64,000 nt of DNA from NCBI GenBank assembly GCA_963782115.1, contig CAWAIK010000005.1, positions 128,001-192,000 on the forward strand, written 5' to 3'. This stretch comes from an uncultured Verrucomicrobiae bacterium (GTDB lineage Bacteria > Verrucomicrobiota > Verrucomicrobiia > Chthoniobacterales > JAFAMB01). The translations under genes were made by a program, and so were the position numbers. The stretch's first letter is position 1; the number at the start of each line of letters is the position of its first letter. Shown here piece after piece: positions 10,591 through 21,225 of the stretch. The notes beneath the pieces were generated by a model. The model saw nothing but the letters and a program-made list of their open reading frames with translations. It was not told the DNA's origin and made no database searches.

Positions 10591-11531
10591 TCGCCACGTC
10601 ATGGGCCGAGTGTGAAACCCTTCGTAGTCCTGCTTTTCCTTGGTAAGCGTCCGCCCGTCTCGCGACTGGACCATGATGTGGCAGGGCATCGCGTTCGGGA
10701 ATTTGAGGCTATAGGCCGACGACGCCCGCACCGCGACCTTCCGCAGCAGATCCTGGACGTCGGAACGTTGAATCCGTTCCGGCAAGTATTGCTCGGGCAT
10801 GACCTAGTCGTCCAGAATGGCCGCCGCCACCATGTACTGCAGACTGTGATCGGCTTGTTCTTTTGTGCGCACGATGGTCTTGTCGCCTTCCTCGCCGCCG
10901 CCGATGATGTTGTGGGCTACGTCGAAAATCTCGATTTCGACCCGCTCCACGTCCGCGCCGGCGACCTGGTGCTCATGTTTAAGTTCCAGGACGCCTTCGA
11001 TTGCCGACTGCGAATGGGGTCCAGCGGCGGGACTCTCCCCCAGATAGGCAAGCCATGACCGCCTCCCTCAGGTCGACGCTAAGATTTCGGCATTATATTT
11101 CTTTACGATGGTACGAGTCATGCGCTCCAGGTCCTCTTTCGACCAGTCGATTTCGAAATGGCCCGCGATGGCATCCATAAAGCCTTTGTTTCCTTCGAAG
11201 ACTTCGGGCGGACCAGTGATGCCGCGCCCGGCCAGGAATGCCGCGTGCGTCGCGCCAAAGGCCGTGTTCGGATAGGCTAGCCCTTTCCAATGCGAGAAAA
11301 CGCTGCGCGGTCTGGCGCCGTGCGACCTCCACCGATCAACGCGCAATGGCTGGCACCGCCAAAATCCTCGGTATGGGCGCGAATCAACTGAATGGGTTCG
11401 CCCTTCAACGCGCCGATCGCGCAGCCGAGCGAGTCCAGGATGCGAATCTTGAGCTGATCGCGCGCCGCCGGTGACAGTGTCTCAAAAGAGGAGCGCACCA
11501 CGAATGCGGCAAGTTGTTCAACTAGCGTCAT
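10591..11531 (-). pseudogene. MmgE/PrpD-family protein with deletions and a 66-bp insertion
   Basis: MTLVEQLAAFVVR...RILDSLGCAIGAL, HWKGLAYP, GITGPPEVFEGNKG, KEQADHSLQY; fused to the comA remnant. Confidence 0.85.
11017..11082 (-). mobile_element. 66-bp patch resembling an IS630 transposase N-terminus, inserted in the prpD-like gene
   Basis: Encodes SVDLREAVMACLSGGESRR; its flanks GAAATC|CATTCG are contiguous in the paralog at ~31227-31238. Confidence 0.55.
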
Positions 11532-11679
11532 CTGCACCTCCTCCGAGTTGGTCCACCGCGCTTTTCAGAGCGGGATGCCCTGCGGCAAGCACGCCCATTC
11601 TCACAGCCGAGCCGGACCGGGACATTACAAGATATCATGGCAGAGTATATCGTACAGCGATAATTGTATTGAATGTTAA

Positions 11680-11767
11680 AGGCTTCGTAAGACGTAGTCG
11701 GGTATAAGAATTCAGTCGCATAGATAAAAAGGCACATAACCATGTATATTATCTCTTGCTTTAAGCG
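11680..11767 (-). pseudogene. Third Rrf2/NsrR 5' remnant with its operator
   Basis: Minus strand AAGCAAGAGATAATATACATGG, then ATG-R-L-N-S-Y-T/D-Y-V-L-R, matching MRLTFSTDYALR. Confidence 0.65.
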
Positions 11768-11803
11768 GATTTTTCGAATAGGGGTTCAATAGAGGTATAT
11801 AAT

Positions 11804-12160
11804 ATGAATGATTTACGCGATCCTTCATCATGTGTGTCGGCGCCGTCCTTATCCGACTCCAGCGAAAGCGGTCGTCTTCCAAACTCCCGAAAACGCGATA
11901 AGATTGAGGAATCCGATTCCCGCATACTAGCCGATTGTCGCCATGATCGCCAAGTATTAGATAAGATAGTGTTTACCACTTTCATGTTCGTGGTAACGAT
12001 ACTTTCGGCTATATTCACCACCGTCCTGGAATTGCCGGTTTTCTGGCGAAACTTCTGGTTGGCGATATGTATCACGTTCGCTGTTTTAATGTTCATCGGG
12101 GTATTTTACCTTGGTTCAGAACTGGGCAGACCAACCACTAAAAAATCCCATAGGTACTAG
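11804..12160 (+). CDS. Hypothetical two-TM membrane protein, AT-rich
   Basis: 118-aa ORF with two hydrophobic stretches. Confidence 0.35.
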   Translation: MNDLRDPSSCVSAPSLSDSSESGRLPNSRKRDKIEESDSRILADCRHDRQVLDKIVFTTFMFVVTILSAIFTTVLELPVFWRNFWLAICITFAVLMFIGVFYLGSELGRPTTKKSHRY

Positions 12161-12249
12161 TTGAAACAAACAAGTTGGCTCTGATGCACCACCGATTCGG
12201 CAGATTACTTGATCCCTCCAATGAACGAAATCTGTGAAAGGCAAAACTT

Positions 12250-12405
12250 ATGAATTTTCCCGAAGACCCGTCGGCCCCATCCGCGGCCAGAGTCAAACTT
12301 GCCGGAGAATCGGATCAGCCATCGAAAACGATTGCTGCTTTACAGCTTAAGAAGCTTCTCGTCCCAACTGATTTTTCCGAAAACTCTAACAAGGCATTGG
12401 TGTAA
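12250..12405 (+). pseudogene. Universal stress protein, N-terminal fragment
   Basis: LQLKKLLVPTDFSENSNKALV*. Confidence 0.75.
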
Positions 12406-12466
12406 TCTTGGCGGACACGCCTTCACAGGAACTTAGTAACAGTTACATCGATCAAAGGGAGGAACA

Positions 12467-13208
12467 ATGAGTACGCAACTAAGTCCGACAACCTTTCTGG
12501 TGAAACTAAAGAATCGCTTTCTCGTCGCTGAGCGGACGATGGCCTTCCAGTTTGAAAAACCCGCGGATTTCATTTTCAAACCAGGCCAATGGATCGATAT
12601 CACCTCGGTCAGTCCCACCCAAACAGATGCCAAGGGTAATGTGCGCGGGTTTTCAATCGCGAGTGCGCCTCACGAAGATATTCTCATGGTGGCCACTCGA
12701 TTGCGTGATACTGCTTTCAAGCGAGAGCTGGCGACTATCCCTGTGAATACTGAGGTCAAAATTGAAGGTCCCGGTGGCAATCTGGTTTTGCACCATAATG
12801 CAGCCAGGACGGCTGTCTTCCTGGCCGGCGGTATCGGCGTCACTCCTATCCGGAGCATTCTTTATCATGCTGCCAAGCAGCGACTGCCGCACCGGATTCT
12901 TTTCTTCTTCTCAAATCGACGGCCGGAGGATGCGCCGTTTCTCGCCGATTTGCAGGCACTGCAAAAAGAAAATCCAAACTACGCATTCATCCCTACCATG
13001 ACCGAGTTGGCGAAATCACAGCACCAGTGGAACGGGGAGACGGGTTACATCAACAAAGAGATGCTGGCGAAATATGCTAAGGATGCGAAATCTCCGATCT
13101 ATTACATCGTCGGGCCGCCGGGAATGGTTAACGGTTTGCACAGCTTGGTCAACGAGGCAGAGGTTGATGATGATGACATCCGGACCGAAGACTTTTAGCG
13201 GCTACTAA
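12467..13208 (+). CDS. FAD/NAD(P)-binding oxidoreductase (ferredoxin-NADP reductase-like); +1 slip clips the last residues
   Basis: RGFSIASAP, FLAGGIGVTPIRS, YIVGPPGMV; ORF stops at EDF and SGY* follows in the shifted frame. Confidence 0.85.
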
Positions 13209-13255
13209 GCGAATGATCTGGGTAGACCAACACCGTCTTCAATAAAGATAAAGTT

Positions 13256-13993
13256 ATGTTGCGAAGCATTAAGCAGCTTTACGGAGAAAAACTCGTCACG
13301 TCTGAGGGCGACATCGGCCATGTGAAAGATTTCTATTTTGATGATCAGAAGTGGGCGATTCGCTATATTGTCGTGGACACGGATGCATGGCTATCGGCTC
13401 GTTTCGTGCTGATCTCTCCGCATGCTTTCGGCAACCTCCATCAAGACCGAAACGTCCTGCTCGTGAACCTGACTCGGAAACAGATTGAAAACAGTCCATC
13501 GATTGAGTCGCACAAGCCAGTGTCCCGACAATACGAAGAAAGGTATTACCGATACTACGGCTGGCCGTCCTATTGGCTGGGGGAGGCAATGTGGGGCGTA
13601 AGCGGTTTTCCCGTGATTCTGCCGCCGGCGTATCCTTTGCCGAGTAACCAAGCAACCGGGGGTGGCAGCCTCCACACCGGCGACGATCCTCATTTGCGGA
13701 GCACACAGGCCGTTAGCGGCTACCACATCCAAACCAGCGATGCAATGATCGGACACGTCATTGATTTTATGATGGACGACAAGAGTTGGGCGATTCGTCA
13801 CTTGGTCGTCGAGACCGGCCATTGGCCTTCCGGAAAGGAGATAGCGATTTCGCCGAACCATATCGACTGGATCAGTTACGAAGAGTCCAAGGTGTACGTG
13901 AACGTGACTAAGGAAGCCATCCTGCAAGCACCGGAATACCACGTTCCTCCGCCCGGCGCGGCATATCACGATACGCGGAATTTCGACGACTGA
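13256..13993 (+). CDS. Double PRC-barrel domain protein
   Basis: GDIGHVKDFYFDDQKWAIRYIVVDT and IGHVIDFMMDDKSWAIRHLVVETG repeats. Confidence 0.85.
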   Translation: MLRSIKQLYGEKLVTSEGDIGHVKDFYFDDQKWAIRYIVVDTDAWLSARFVLISPHAFGNLHQDRNVLLVNLTRKQIENSPSIESHKPVSRQYEERYYRYYGWPSYWLGEAMWGVSGFPVILPPAYPLPSNQATGGGSLHTGDDPHLRSTQAVSGYHIQTSDAMIGHVIDFMMDDKSWAIRHLVVETGHWPSGKEIAISPNHIDWISYEESKVYVNVTKEAILQAPEYHVPPPGAAYHDTRNFDD

Positions 13994-14039
13994 GTTGTGA
14001 AGACGATCAGCGGTAATCGCGAAGAGGACTCGAGACTTT

Positions 14040-14110
14040 ATGACTACGCCCGCAATGGAATCAACGATTGATCCCTGCTGGCAAAGCCATCCTGGCAGTC
14101 GACGAAAGCG
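14040..14110 (+). pseudogene. Class I fructose-bisphosphate aldolase 5' stub
   Basis: MTTPAMEST.../AGKAILAVDES; paralog of 29240-29320. Confidence 0.7.
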
Positions 14111-14339
14111 CTCTTGACCCCAGTGTTACGGCAACTGTTCAAACCACTACGAGTGCGAAGCTGTCTGCCCCGTTGAGATCAGCGTCCAATGGATTGCGAA
14201 GTTGAACCGCGAGTACACCTCTGCACTCGTCAAAGAGCAGGTCTCCTGAGCATCGGGAGATCGTCTGCTTCCTGAGGGAGCAGCGCGACCTGCCGGGTGA
14301 GCAGATTGACAACGGAAGCTTCCAGTCGGAGACGTCGTT

Positions 14340-14681
14340 ATGCGCGATAAGCTCTTCTTACTCAAGCCCGACTTCTATGACGGAGGCAACCAACGGTACT
14401 ACTGCCCGCACTGTGCCGAGCTCGAAGGAGTGTTGTCGTTTTATCCACGGCTGCGAAAAGAAATCGATGTGGAATACGTCGACTTCGCGCGGCCGCGGTC
14501 AGCAATCGTGGAGTTGCTCGGCGAAAAAAACCAGGACACTCCGGTGCTCGTGGTGGGCGGCTCTTTCCAGCTGTCGGCGAACATTGAGCATGGCTCAACC
14601 AACGGTCAGGTGTTCATCTCCGTAGAAGAAAACATCGGCCGCTACCTTGCCGAGCGGTACGGAATTGGGTTAGCGCATTAG
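14340..14681 (+). CDS. DUF3088-family protein
   Basis: MRDKLFLLKPDF...YYCPHCAELEGVL...VDFARPR. Confidence 0.75.
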   Translation: MRDKLFLLKPDFYDGGNQRYYCPHCAELEGVLSFYPRLRKEIDVEYVDFARPRSAIVELLGEKNQDTPVLVVGGSFQLSANIEHGSTNGQVFISVEENIGRYLAERYGIGLAH

Positions 14682-14717
14682 CGATAAAGGCGTCGTGGTG
14701 TCGTGTTTAATCTAAGC

Positions 14718-15010
14718 CATCTTCGACAGTCGAAAATTAGATTAATGGCATTGAACGCATTTCCCGCTTGGCGACTGCTTTGTTGCAGCTCGCGTAAAGC
14801 TGGCGGAAGCGCCACTCCAGCGGCGCGCACCGCCTGGGGCGCGTGTGCTATGAGTTGGCTGCGGAGTACAAATCGTTTGCCCTGGGAGTTAGCCGCAGCC
14901 TGTTGCAAGCCGTCCAACCCGCGAATCACCTCCTTCCATTCCCACTGAAGAGCGGCTTGCTTTATGCGGCTCTCCAGCTCTTGCTTTGAGTAGCAACGCC
15001 AGGCTCAGAG
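14718..15010 (-). mobile_element. IS1634-family transposase C-terminus and probable right end
   Basis: LALLLK/QELE...EWKEVIRGLDGLQ...GKRFVLRSQL...AAGVALPP, followed by CTGTCGAAGATGG. Confidence 0.7.
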
Positions 15011-15060
15011 AAATTCCGCGATGAAATCGGGCGAGCTCGGAGTGCAGCCAGGAATCAGGA

Positions 15061-16009
15061 CTATGCTGCCGCAGCCATTCGAGCACCGGGTTCGCTCCTC
15101 CAGTGATAAACTTCAGTGTTCGAGCCTCGAAATAGCCTTGGCTCACCGAATGATACAACTGCAGTACTCCAAGCGGAAAAAAGAGTAGCGAACACCATCC
15201 GGGCGAGACCAAGATTGAGTGACCAGAAACTTATCTTGGCAGCACGATTAGACCAGCGTTCTTCCGGGATCATGTAACGCTGACAAAACAACGCCAGCCC
15301 TACGCTCAGCATGCCATAGACTCCCATCATTGAAGCGTGCGCATGATTGGCCGTAAGCGCTGTGCCGATCTCATAGTAGGAAATGATCGGCAGATTGATC
15401 AGGAAGCCGAAGATCCCCGCCCCCAGGAAGTTCCAGAAACCAACCGATGCCAGAAACGTGGCCGCCCAGAAATGCGGGAATGGGGTCTGCGATTTTGCCT
15501 CCTGCTGCGCGCCCAGCTGAACGAAGCTCCACGCCTCGAAAGTGAGGATCGTCAGCGGAATTACTTCCGCAGCCCTTGGTCGTAGCGGTTAGTTTTGAAA
15601 TCTGCTATCGTAACCGCCTTTGCATGGTCGGAGCCGAGGCCATTATCCTAAAAACGGAAATTTTCCATTTACGCTTCTAGGTTTATTAAAAGTCGATGGC
15701 CATTTGAGCCGAACGATGCAGGTAATCGGCGGTATAGTCAGGCCCGAGATATGCCCCGTGACCAAAAATCGACCCATATTCCATCAAGCCGTTTCGCAGA
15801 AAAGTCGCTTGTCCAGCCATGATGTCCGCCCGGGTAAAGAGAAGCCGGCCGTCGGGGTCCAGCACCTTTGCCGGGATTGGAGGTTCCCCAGTGTAAGTGT
15901 TGTAAGCGAGAATTCCGAGGACCAAAAACCCAAATAGTGTTACCCGGAGCACCGCCTGAATCCAACCTTCGGTCAAAAGAAATCCGCGTTTAGTCGTAGT
16001 TGTCTCCAT
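15061..16009 (-). pseudogene. Quinol-dependent nitric oxide reductase (qNor), large internal deletion plus stops and frameshifts
   Basis: MEYGSIFGHGAYLGPDYTADYLH N-terminal part joined at ~15575 to EVIPL...FWNFLGAGIFGFLINLPIISYYEIGTALTANHAH. Confidence 0.9.
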
Positions 16010-16435
16010 ACAAATCGATAGTTCCAGAAAAGATTGATTCTCCACAGCAGGCGAAGCGTTTCTTTGCCTCGTCCTAAAGGGATAAGCGTCACAAGGTCGG
16101 CTGTGCACCGGTTTGGATGCTCTCATGGCCCGATCGACTCCAGCCTGCAACGGACGATCCGCATGCATGTGTGGAGAATCATTTCGCAAAATAAAGTACG
16201 GTTAGCCTTGGGAACGGGGCCAGCACAGTGGCGCATTATTTCGTAGGAATTGGCGCGTTGGGCTCCGGCGTCATCTGGGCAAGGTCGCCTCCGAAAGTAA
16301 CTTCCGATTTTCCCGCTTTGAAGCTCTTCGCTTTGCTCTGAAAAATCAGTCCAGCGTCGAGCCGTACGCGTTCTTCGGCTAATACATGCAGAAGGTGTCG
16401 CCGGGATCGGCCAAACGATCTAAATTTCTACCTAG

Positions 16436-17478
16436 ATGATGAAGATCTCTTTCGTCAACACCAAGGGCAGCGAACAAGCCTTCTTTCAAGAACAACTATC
16501 CGACCACGACCTAGAGTTCGTTAGTTCTATCGAGACAGTGTCAAGCGACGCGGAATTGTTTCGATTTTCATTTACGACTGGTTGAATCTTGGCTTTCTGG
16601 AATCGCATCCGGCGCTGCGTCTCGTCTGTACGCGCTCGACAGGGTCTGATCACATCGAGGTAGAGCATTGCCGGCACCGGGGCATAGTCGTCTCAACGGT
16701 GCCCACGTACGGAGAAAATACAGTCGCAGAGCATGCCTTTGCGTTGATCTTGTCATTGTCCCGACGCTTGCGTCAGTCAATCCTCGCCGCGAAAGAACCG
16801 CGTTTTTCTGCGGAGGCAATTCGCGGTTTTGACTTGAAGGGTAAAACCATCGGTGTAATTGGAACTGGCCACATTGGGTTGCATGCGATCCGAGTCGCAC
16901 GCGGATTTGGCATGCAGGTCCTCGGCTGCGATACAGCTCCGCAATCGCATCTCGCTGACCTCCTTGGATTTGAGTACACGACCCTGGGGGACCTGTTGCG
17001 ACGGTCGCAAATTATTACGCTCCATTGCCCGCTTCGGCCCGATAATTACCACTTATTGAATCGACAGACGTTCGCCGAGTGCGCTCGAGGAGCACTAATC
17101 ATCAACACCGCGAGAGGCGCATTAATCGACACCGACGCTTTGATCGAAGCTCTCAACGCGGGCATTGTTGGCGGCGCGGGCCTGGACGTGCTCGACGGTG
17201 AAATGACCTCGGTCCGTACACCTCATTTGAACATTACCGAGCAGGTCCTCAAGGAGCTCCACTCGGGAATTTCGCCCGAGGAACATCGTCTGAAGCATCC
17301 GGATCGAATCCGCAAGCTTCTAGAGGTGATGCGCAACAAGGCACTGATTTCCAGACCGAATGTGGTCTTCACACCTCACATTGCGTTCAACAGTTTTGAA
17401 GCCGTTGAGCGGATCAACCACACTACCGTAGACAATATCCGTGCCTTCCTCAGCGGGCGACCGATAAACACCGCTTAA
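16436..17478 (+). pseudogene. D-2-hydroxyacid (D-lactate) dehydrogenase, frameshift near 16555
   Basis: RSTGSDHI, GKTIGVIGTGHIG, INTARGALID, FTPHIAF; the N-terminal ~40 codons are in another frame. Confidence 0.85.
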
Positions 17479-17628
17479 GTTGTGGGCAAAGAATCGCTCG
17501 AACTGTTTCGACTAAAATAAGAGCCCGCGTTCGGAGCGACCTAAACTATCCTGCGCGAGCGGGACGAGGCAGTTTGAGCCGCCGGGTGGGAAGATTGACA
17601 ACGGAAGCTTCCAGTCGGAGACGTCGTT

Positions 17629-17738
17629 ATGCGCGATAAGCTCTTCTTGCTCAAGCCCGACTTCTATGACGGAGGCAACCAACGGTACTACTGCCCGCAC
17701 GGTGCCGAGCTCGAAGGAGTGTTGTCGTTTTATCCACG
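17629..17738 (+). pseudogene. DUF3088 5' fragment (copy 2)
   Basis: Near-identical to 14340-14449; CPHC changed to CPHG. Confidence 0.9.
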
Positions 17739-17739
17739 C

Positions 17740-18047
17740 AGACGAGCGAGGATTCTTGAAAGAGTTTCGCTCCGGATGCCGAGTTCGCCAGCGAGGAGCA
17801 TCTTCGTCGTGCCAATGGGCACGTGAACCGGCTCTTCCGATAATGGGGTTGGGCACCGCTTGAGGATCCAGTGGATCAAGCGTGTTTCGGCGTCTTTCAG
17901 CCATCGTAAAAGAGATGCTGCCCCCGGCGAGACGTTTGAGAAAAGCAAAACTACCAGGTCGCTTCGGGAATTTCCCTAAATCAGGGGGGTAGATTGGAAG
18001 GAATAAGTAGTGGCGGCGATTCGCAGGCTTTCACGTTCGCGGTGCAT
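17740..18047 (-). pseudogene. Crp/Fnr regulator copy 2: sensor domain deleted, partial HTH retained
   Basis: Aligns to 7335-7878 with a ~300-bp gap; extra LAGELGIRSETLSRIL. Confidence 0.9.
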
Positions 18048-18116
18048 TCCTTCAGATTACCAGAAATCACGTGTTTTCACCCTCCCGAATACCGTCGAAG
18101 CGAATTAAGTAAAATC

Positions 18117-18130
18117 TTGATCTGGATCAA
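18117..18130. promoter_or_regulatory. FNR/DNR box, copy 2
   Basis: TTGATCTGGATCAA. Confidence 0.9.
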
Positions 18131-18164
18131 GGTCGTCTGCTGCAATCGGGTGGAGAATACTTAC

Positions 18165-18517
18165 ATGGCGGAACCATCTATCTTCCAAGATTTAGCGAAA
18201 ATCATTGAACTGGCGGACAAGATACCATTGGTGCCAGACGGCATTGTCAGCCGAACGCTTTTCAAATCCCTTTCGCCCGCGTCGTGCTATTCAGTTTTGC
18301 CGAAGGCGAGGAACTGACCGAGCACACTAGCCCATTTCGCGTCATCGTGCAGATTCTCAATGGCACGTGCGATTTTACCGTCGGTTCAGAAAGGAGACTT
18401 CTGGTAGCGGGCGACGTCGTCTATATGCCTCTGCGCCTGTTGCATTCGGTAAAGGCAGCAAAAGCCTTTTCCTTGCTCGTAACTCTCATCACGAACCCAA
18501 CTGAAAAAGAACCATGA
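18165..18517 (+). pseudogene. Cupin copy 2, 1-bp frameshift
   Basis: Paralog of 7996-8349; C-run shortened at ~18268. Confidence 0.9.
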
Positions 18518-18618
18518 GATCAACCAGACGCCTACCCGGAGAGCACCTCGATGCCAGCAAGATGCCCGGACATTGGCTGCTTGCGCGCCTCGGCAAGCGC
18601 GTACTCCGACCGGCGGTC
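18514..18618 (+). pseudogene. SAM methyltransferase 5' fragment (copy 2)
   Basis: Near-identical to 8346-8451. Confidence 0.9.
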
Positions 18619-18619
18619 C

Positions 18620-18745
18620 AAGCGCGCGAGGCGTAAACGAAGACGAATACCTCCCGCCGGCGAAACTTGGAGTAACAAAGATCAATATTGATACTGACGA
18701 ACGCTTGGTCTGGACACCATCGAGAATTTTTTCGCGATCATCCGC
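18620..18745 (+). pseudogene. Class II fructose-bisphosphate aldolase fragment
   Basis: [31 protein letters not shown]. Confidence 0.75.
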
Positions 18746-18769
18746 GAGCCAGCCGGCAAAGCCGCTGAA

Positions 18770-18865
18770 GCCCGACAAGTGGGAGTACCCGTGGTTCGCT
18801 GCTTGGGATCTCGCTTTTCACATTCTCCCCATTTCGCGTATCGACCCCCCGTTTGCCCGATCCTG
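18770..18865 (+). pseudogene. GH63/MGH1-like glucosidase fragment
   Basis: [17 protein letters not shown]. Confidence 0.8.
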
Positions 18866-18943
18866 GTTAGTGGAGAGGAAGCGAAGAGAAAACGGTCAGA
18901 TGCCAACAAAGATATCGTAACTCCCAAAAATCCGCGATTTCGA

Positions 18944-19216
18944 ATGAATAGAGGCAAACTTCACGAACAGGCCAGGCGCGCGATTGAACGACTAATCGTC
19001 AATCGGGGCATTAAAGCGGGCAGTCGGATTCCCACCGAGAGTAAGTTGGCCGGAGAATTTTACGTCAGTCGGACCACAATTCGCAGGGCTTTAAAGGATT
19101 TGGAGCAGGAGGGCAAAATCGAGTACGCGCTTGGCGGAATGATCGTCGCGCAGCAGACTACCCCGAAGAAAGTGCAAAAACAAGGTTGTGCACGCGCGTC
19201 CAGATCAAAGGTGTGA
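18944..19216 (+). CDS. GntR-family winged-helix protein (DNA-binding domain only)
   Basis: GSRIPTESKLAGEFYVSRTTIRRALKDLEQEG. Confidence 0.75.
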   Translation: MNRGKLHEQARRAIERLIVNRGIKAGSRIPTESKLAGEFYVSRTTIRRALKDLEQEGKIEYALGGMIVAQQTTPKKVQKQGCARASRSKV

Positions 19217-19355
19217 GTGCTCTTTGGTCTTCACATGTTGTTGTGGGTCTATCAGATGCTGACCCCCTCGATAGCCTCCTGAGACCCTTGTTCGACCGCG
19301 TCCAGGCTTTCTCGATTAAAATCTGCTCCTATTCAGCTACCCCACTTTATTCGGA

Positions 19356-19712
19356 CTACCTTTTCGGGCTGAGCCGGGCAGTCACTTGCTGCTGCGCATA
19401 TTCACCACTTCCATTTCCGAATAGGCGACCGGCTGGCCGTTTGGCGAGGACGGCGACTTTGTAGCCAAGAGAGTCGGTTATCCATTGGGCGTATGGCAAG
19501 GGGTCGTCCGCGCAGATTTCGCCGTGCCATTCGCGGGTGACGCCGCCATCGGGCTGGACGACTTCGGTCAGCACGATGCGCATGGCGTTCTTAAAAGGGA
19601 CACAGGGCGTTATCCAATGATCAAATATGCGGGTTTCTTCGCCCGTCTCTTCGTCGATCTCCTGCCATGCCAGTGAATCGTTTGTGGTATCAAAATCGAT
19701 AGTAAGCTTCAT
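19356..19712 (-). CDS. Hypothetical acidic protein, phage/plasmid-like
   Basis: MKLTIDFDTTNDSLAWQEIDEETGEE..., preceded by an A-rich leader. Confidence 0.45.
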   Translation of the reverse strand: MKLTIDFDTTNDSLAWQEIDEETGEETRIFDHWITPCVPFKNAMRIVLTEVVQPDGGVTREWHGEICADDPLPYAQWITDSLGYKVAVLAKRPAGRLFGNGSGEYAQQQVTARLSPKR

Positions 19713-19735
19713 CTGTTTTGGTTTTTTTATAACCT

Positions 19736-19950
19736 TCAGCGACCTTCTGATACAATAGCCTGATCTCTCAGGATTTGGACTTTCCAAGCGCCATAGACAC
19801 AGCAGGCTGGATTGAGCGGATGGTCGTCCCGGATGACGGCGGCGACGTGTTTGGAAACCCGGATGATATAGCGCCCGCACGGGTAATTGATAGTGAAGCT
19901 CAAGGGTATCATGCGCTTTTGGCCGCAGATTGCCGGGAAAGGGATCCACG
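19736..19950 (-). pseudogene. Fragment of a phage-type hypothetical protein
   Basis: WIPFPAICGQKRM...YPCGRYIIRVSKHVAAVI...CVYGAW. Confidence 0.45.
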
Positions 19951-20133
19951 TTAAGTGGCACCGAACTCGAAGCTGCCTCGATGGGCCAGATTCGTTTGCG
20001 ACTCTTTAAAATTGCAGCGCGCTTGAGGGCCAGCGTCAGGCGTATCCACGTTGAACTCTGCTCGGCATATCCGCTCAAAGCGCTCTTCGCCTTGATTCAC
20101 CAGCGACTCGGCGCCCTGCAGGTTCCCTCCTGA
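19951..20133 (+). mobile_element. IS1380-family transposase C-terminal fragment
   Basis: LSGTELEAASMGQIRLRLFKIAARLRASVRRIHVELCSAYP. Confidence 0.8.
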
Positions 20134-20419
20134 GGCTTTTCCCAAGCCGGAAAGACCTGCACTATAGGCTCGGCAAGCCGCGCCTCTAGCCGGGAAACTT
20201 TCGTCTCTGAAGAGGGAAAACTTGGGCCTCCACACCGCAATGCAGAAAAATCCCTCCTGAACAGCCAAAAATCTGCCATTGCGGCCGTGCAGGATTTTCT
20301 TTCGAAGGCATAACATTTTAAGTCACAGTTTTGATCCTGGTTTGTGATTTGTTGAGGCTAGATGCTCGACTCTTGACGCAGCAGCGCTCTTGACCTCAGT
20401 GTTACGATAAGCTGCAGCG

Positions 20420-21116
20420 ATGAAGTCGATCCTTTCGCTTTACCAATCGTCCATCGGCAAAAAATGGATCGTCGCGCTCACAGGCATCATTCTTGCATTT
20501 TATGTTATCGGCCATTTGTTGGGCAACTTGCAGATTTTTCATCGTCCGCGCTCAGATCAATATCTACGCCGATTTTCTTCATTCTCACGAGATGCTGCTC
20601 TGGATAGTGCGTGTTATCCTGATCGCGGCATTCGCGCTGCACATCCTAACGACCGTGAAACTGGTCGCGGAGAACCGCGCAGCGCGGCCCGTGCGTTACG
20701 CGCAGAAAGTGGACCGCGCGGCGACTACCGCAGGAAAAACGATGATAATTAGCGGCGTGATCCTGTTCTGTTTCGTGGTTTTTCATCTGCTCCATTTCAC
20801 AACGCAGAATGTGAATCCCGAATTCCGGACCTACCACGACGAACAGGGTCGACACGACGTTTTCAAAATGATGATTGTCGGCTTCCAGAACCCCCTAGCA
20901 TCGGGCTTTTACGTAGTCGGGATGTATCTGCTATGCATGCACTTGAGCCACGGCGCGCAAAGCATTTTGCAGACGCTCGGGCTGAACAACAAAACGCAGC
21001 AAGAGCTGCAAGCCGGGTTGATGATCGCAAGCCGCGTGTTCGCCTGGATCATTTTCGCGGGCTATATTTCCATCCCCCTGGCTGTAGTCTTCGGCTTCCT
21101 CAAACCTCCAGCATGA
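20420..21116 (+). pseudogene. sdhC: Succinate dehydrogenase/fumarate reductase cytochrome b subunit, frameshift near 20540
   Basis: [13 protein letters not shown]...HLLGNL; continuation FHLLHF...HLSHG in the shifted frame. Confidence 0.85.
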
Positions 21117-21225
21117 CAAACGGATTCTATTCGCGTGAGAAGCAACGAGTGATGGCCGACTTTCAATTGGCTTTCGTCGAATGTCTCGCGCGTAATCTGA
21201 CTCAGTTAAGGTTTGGAAAATTCCC

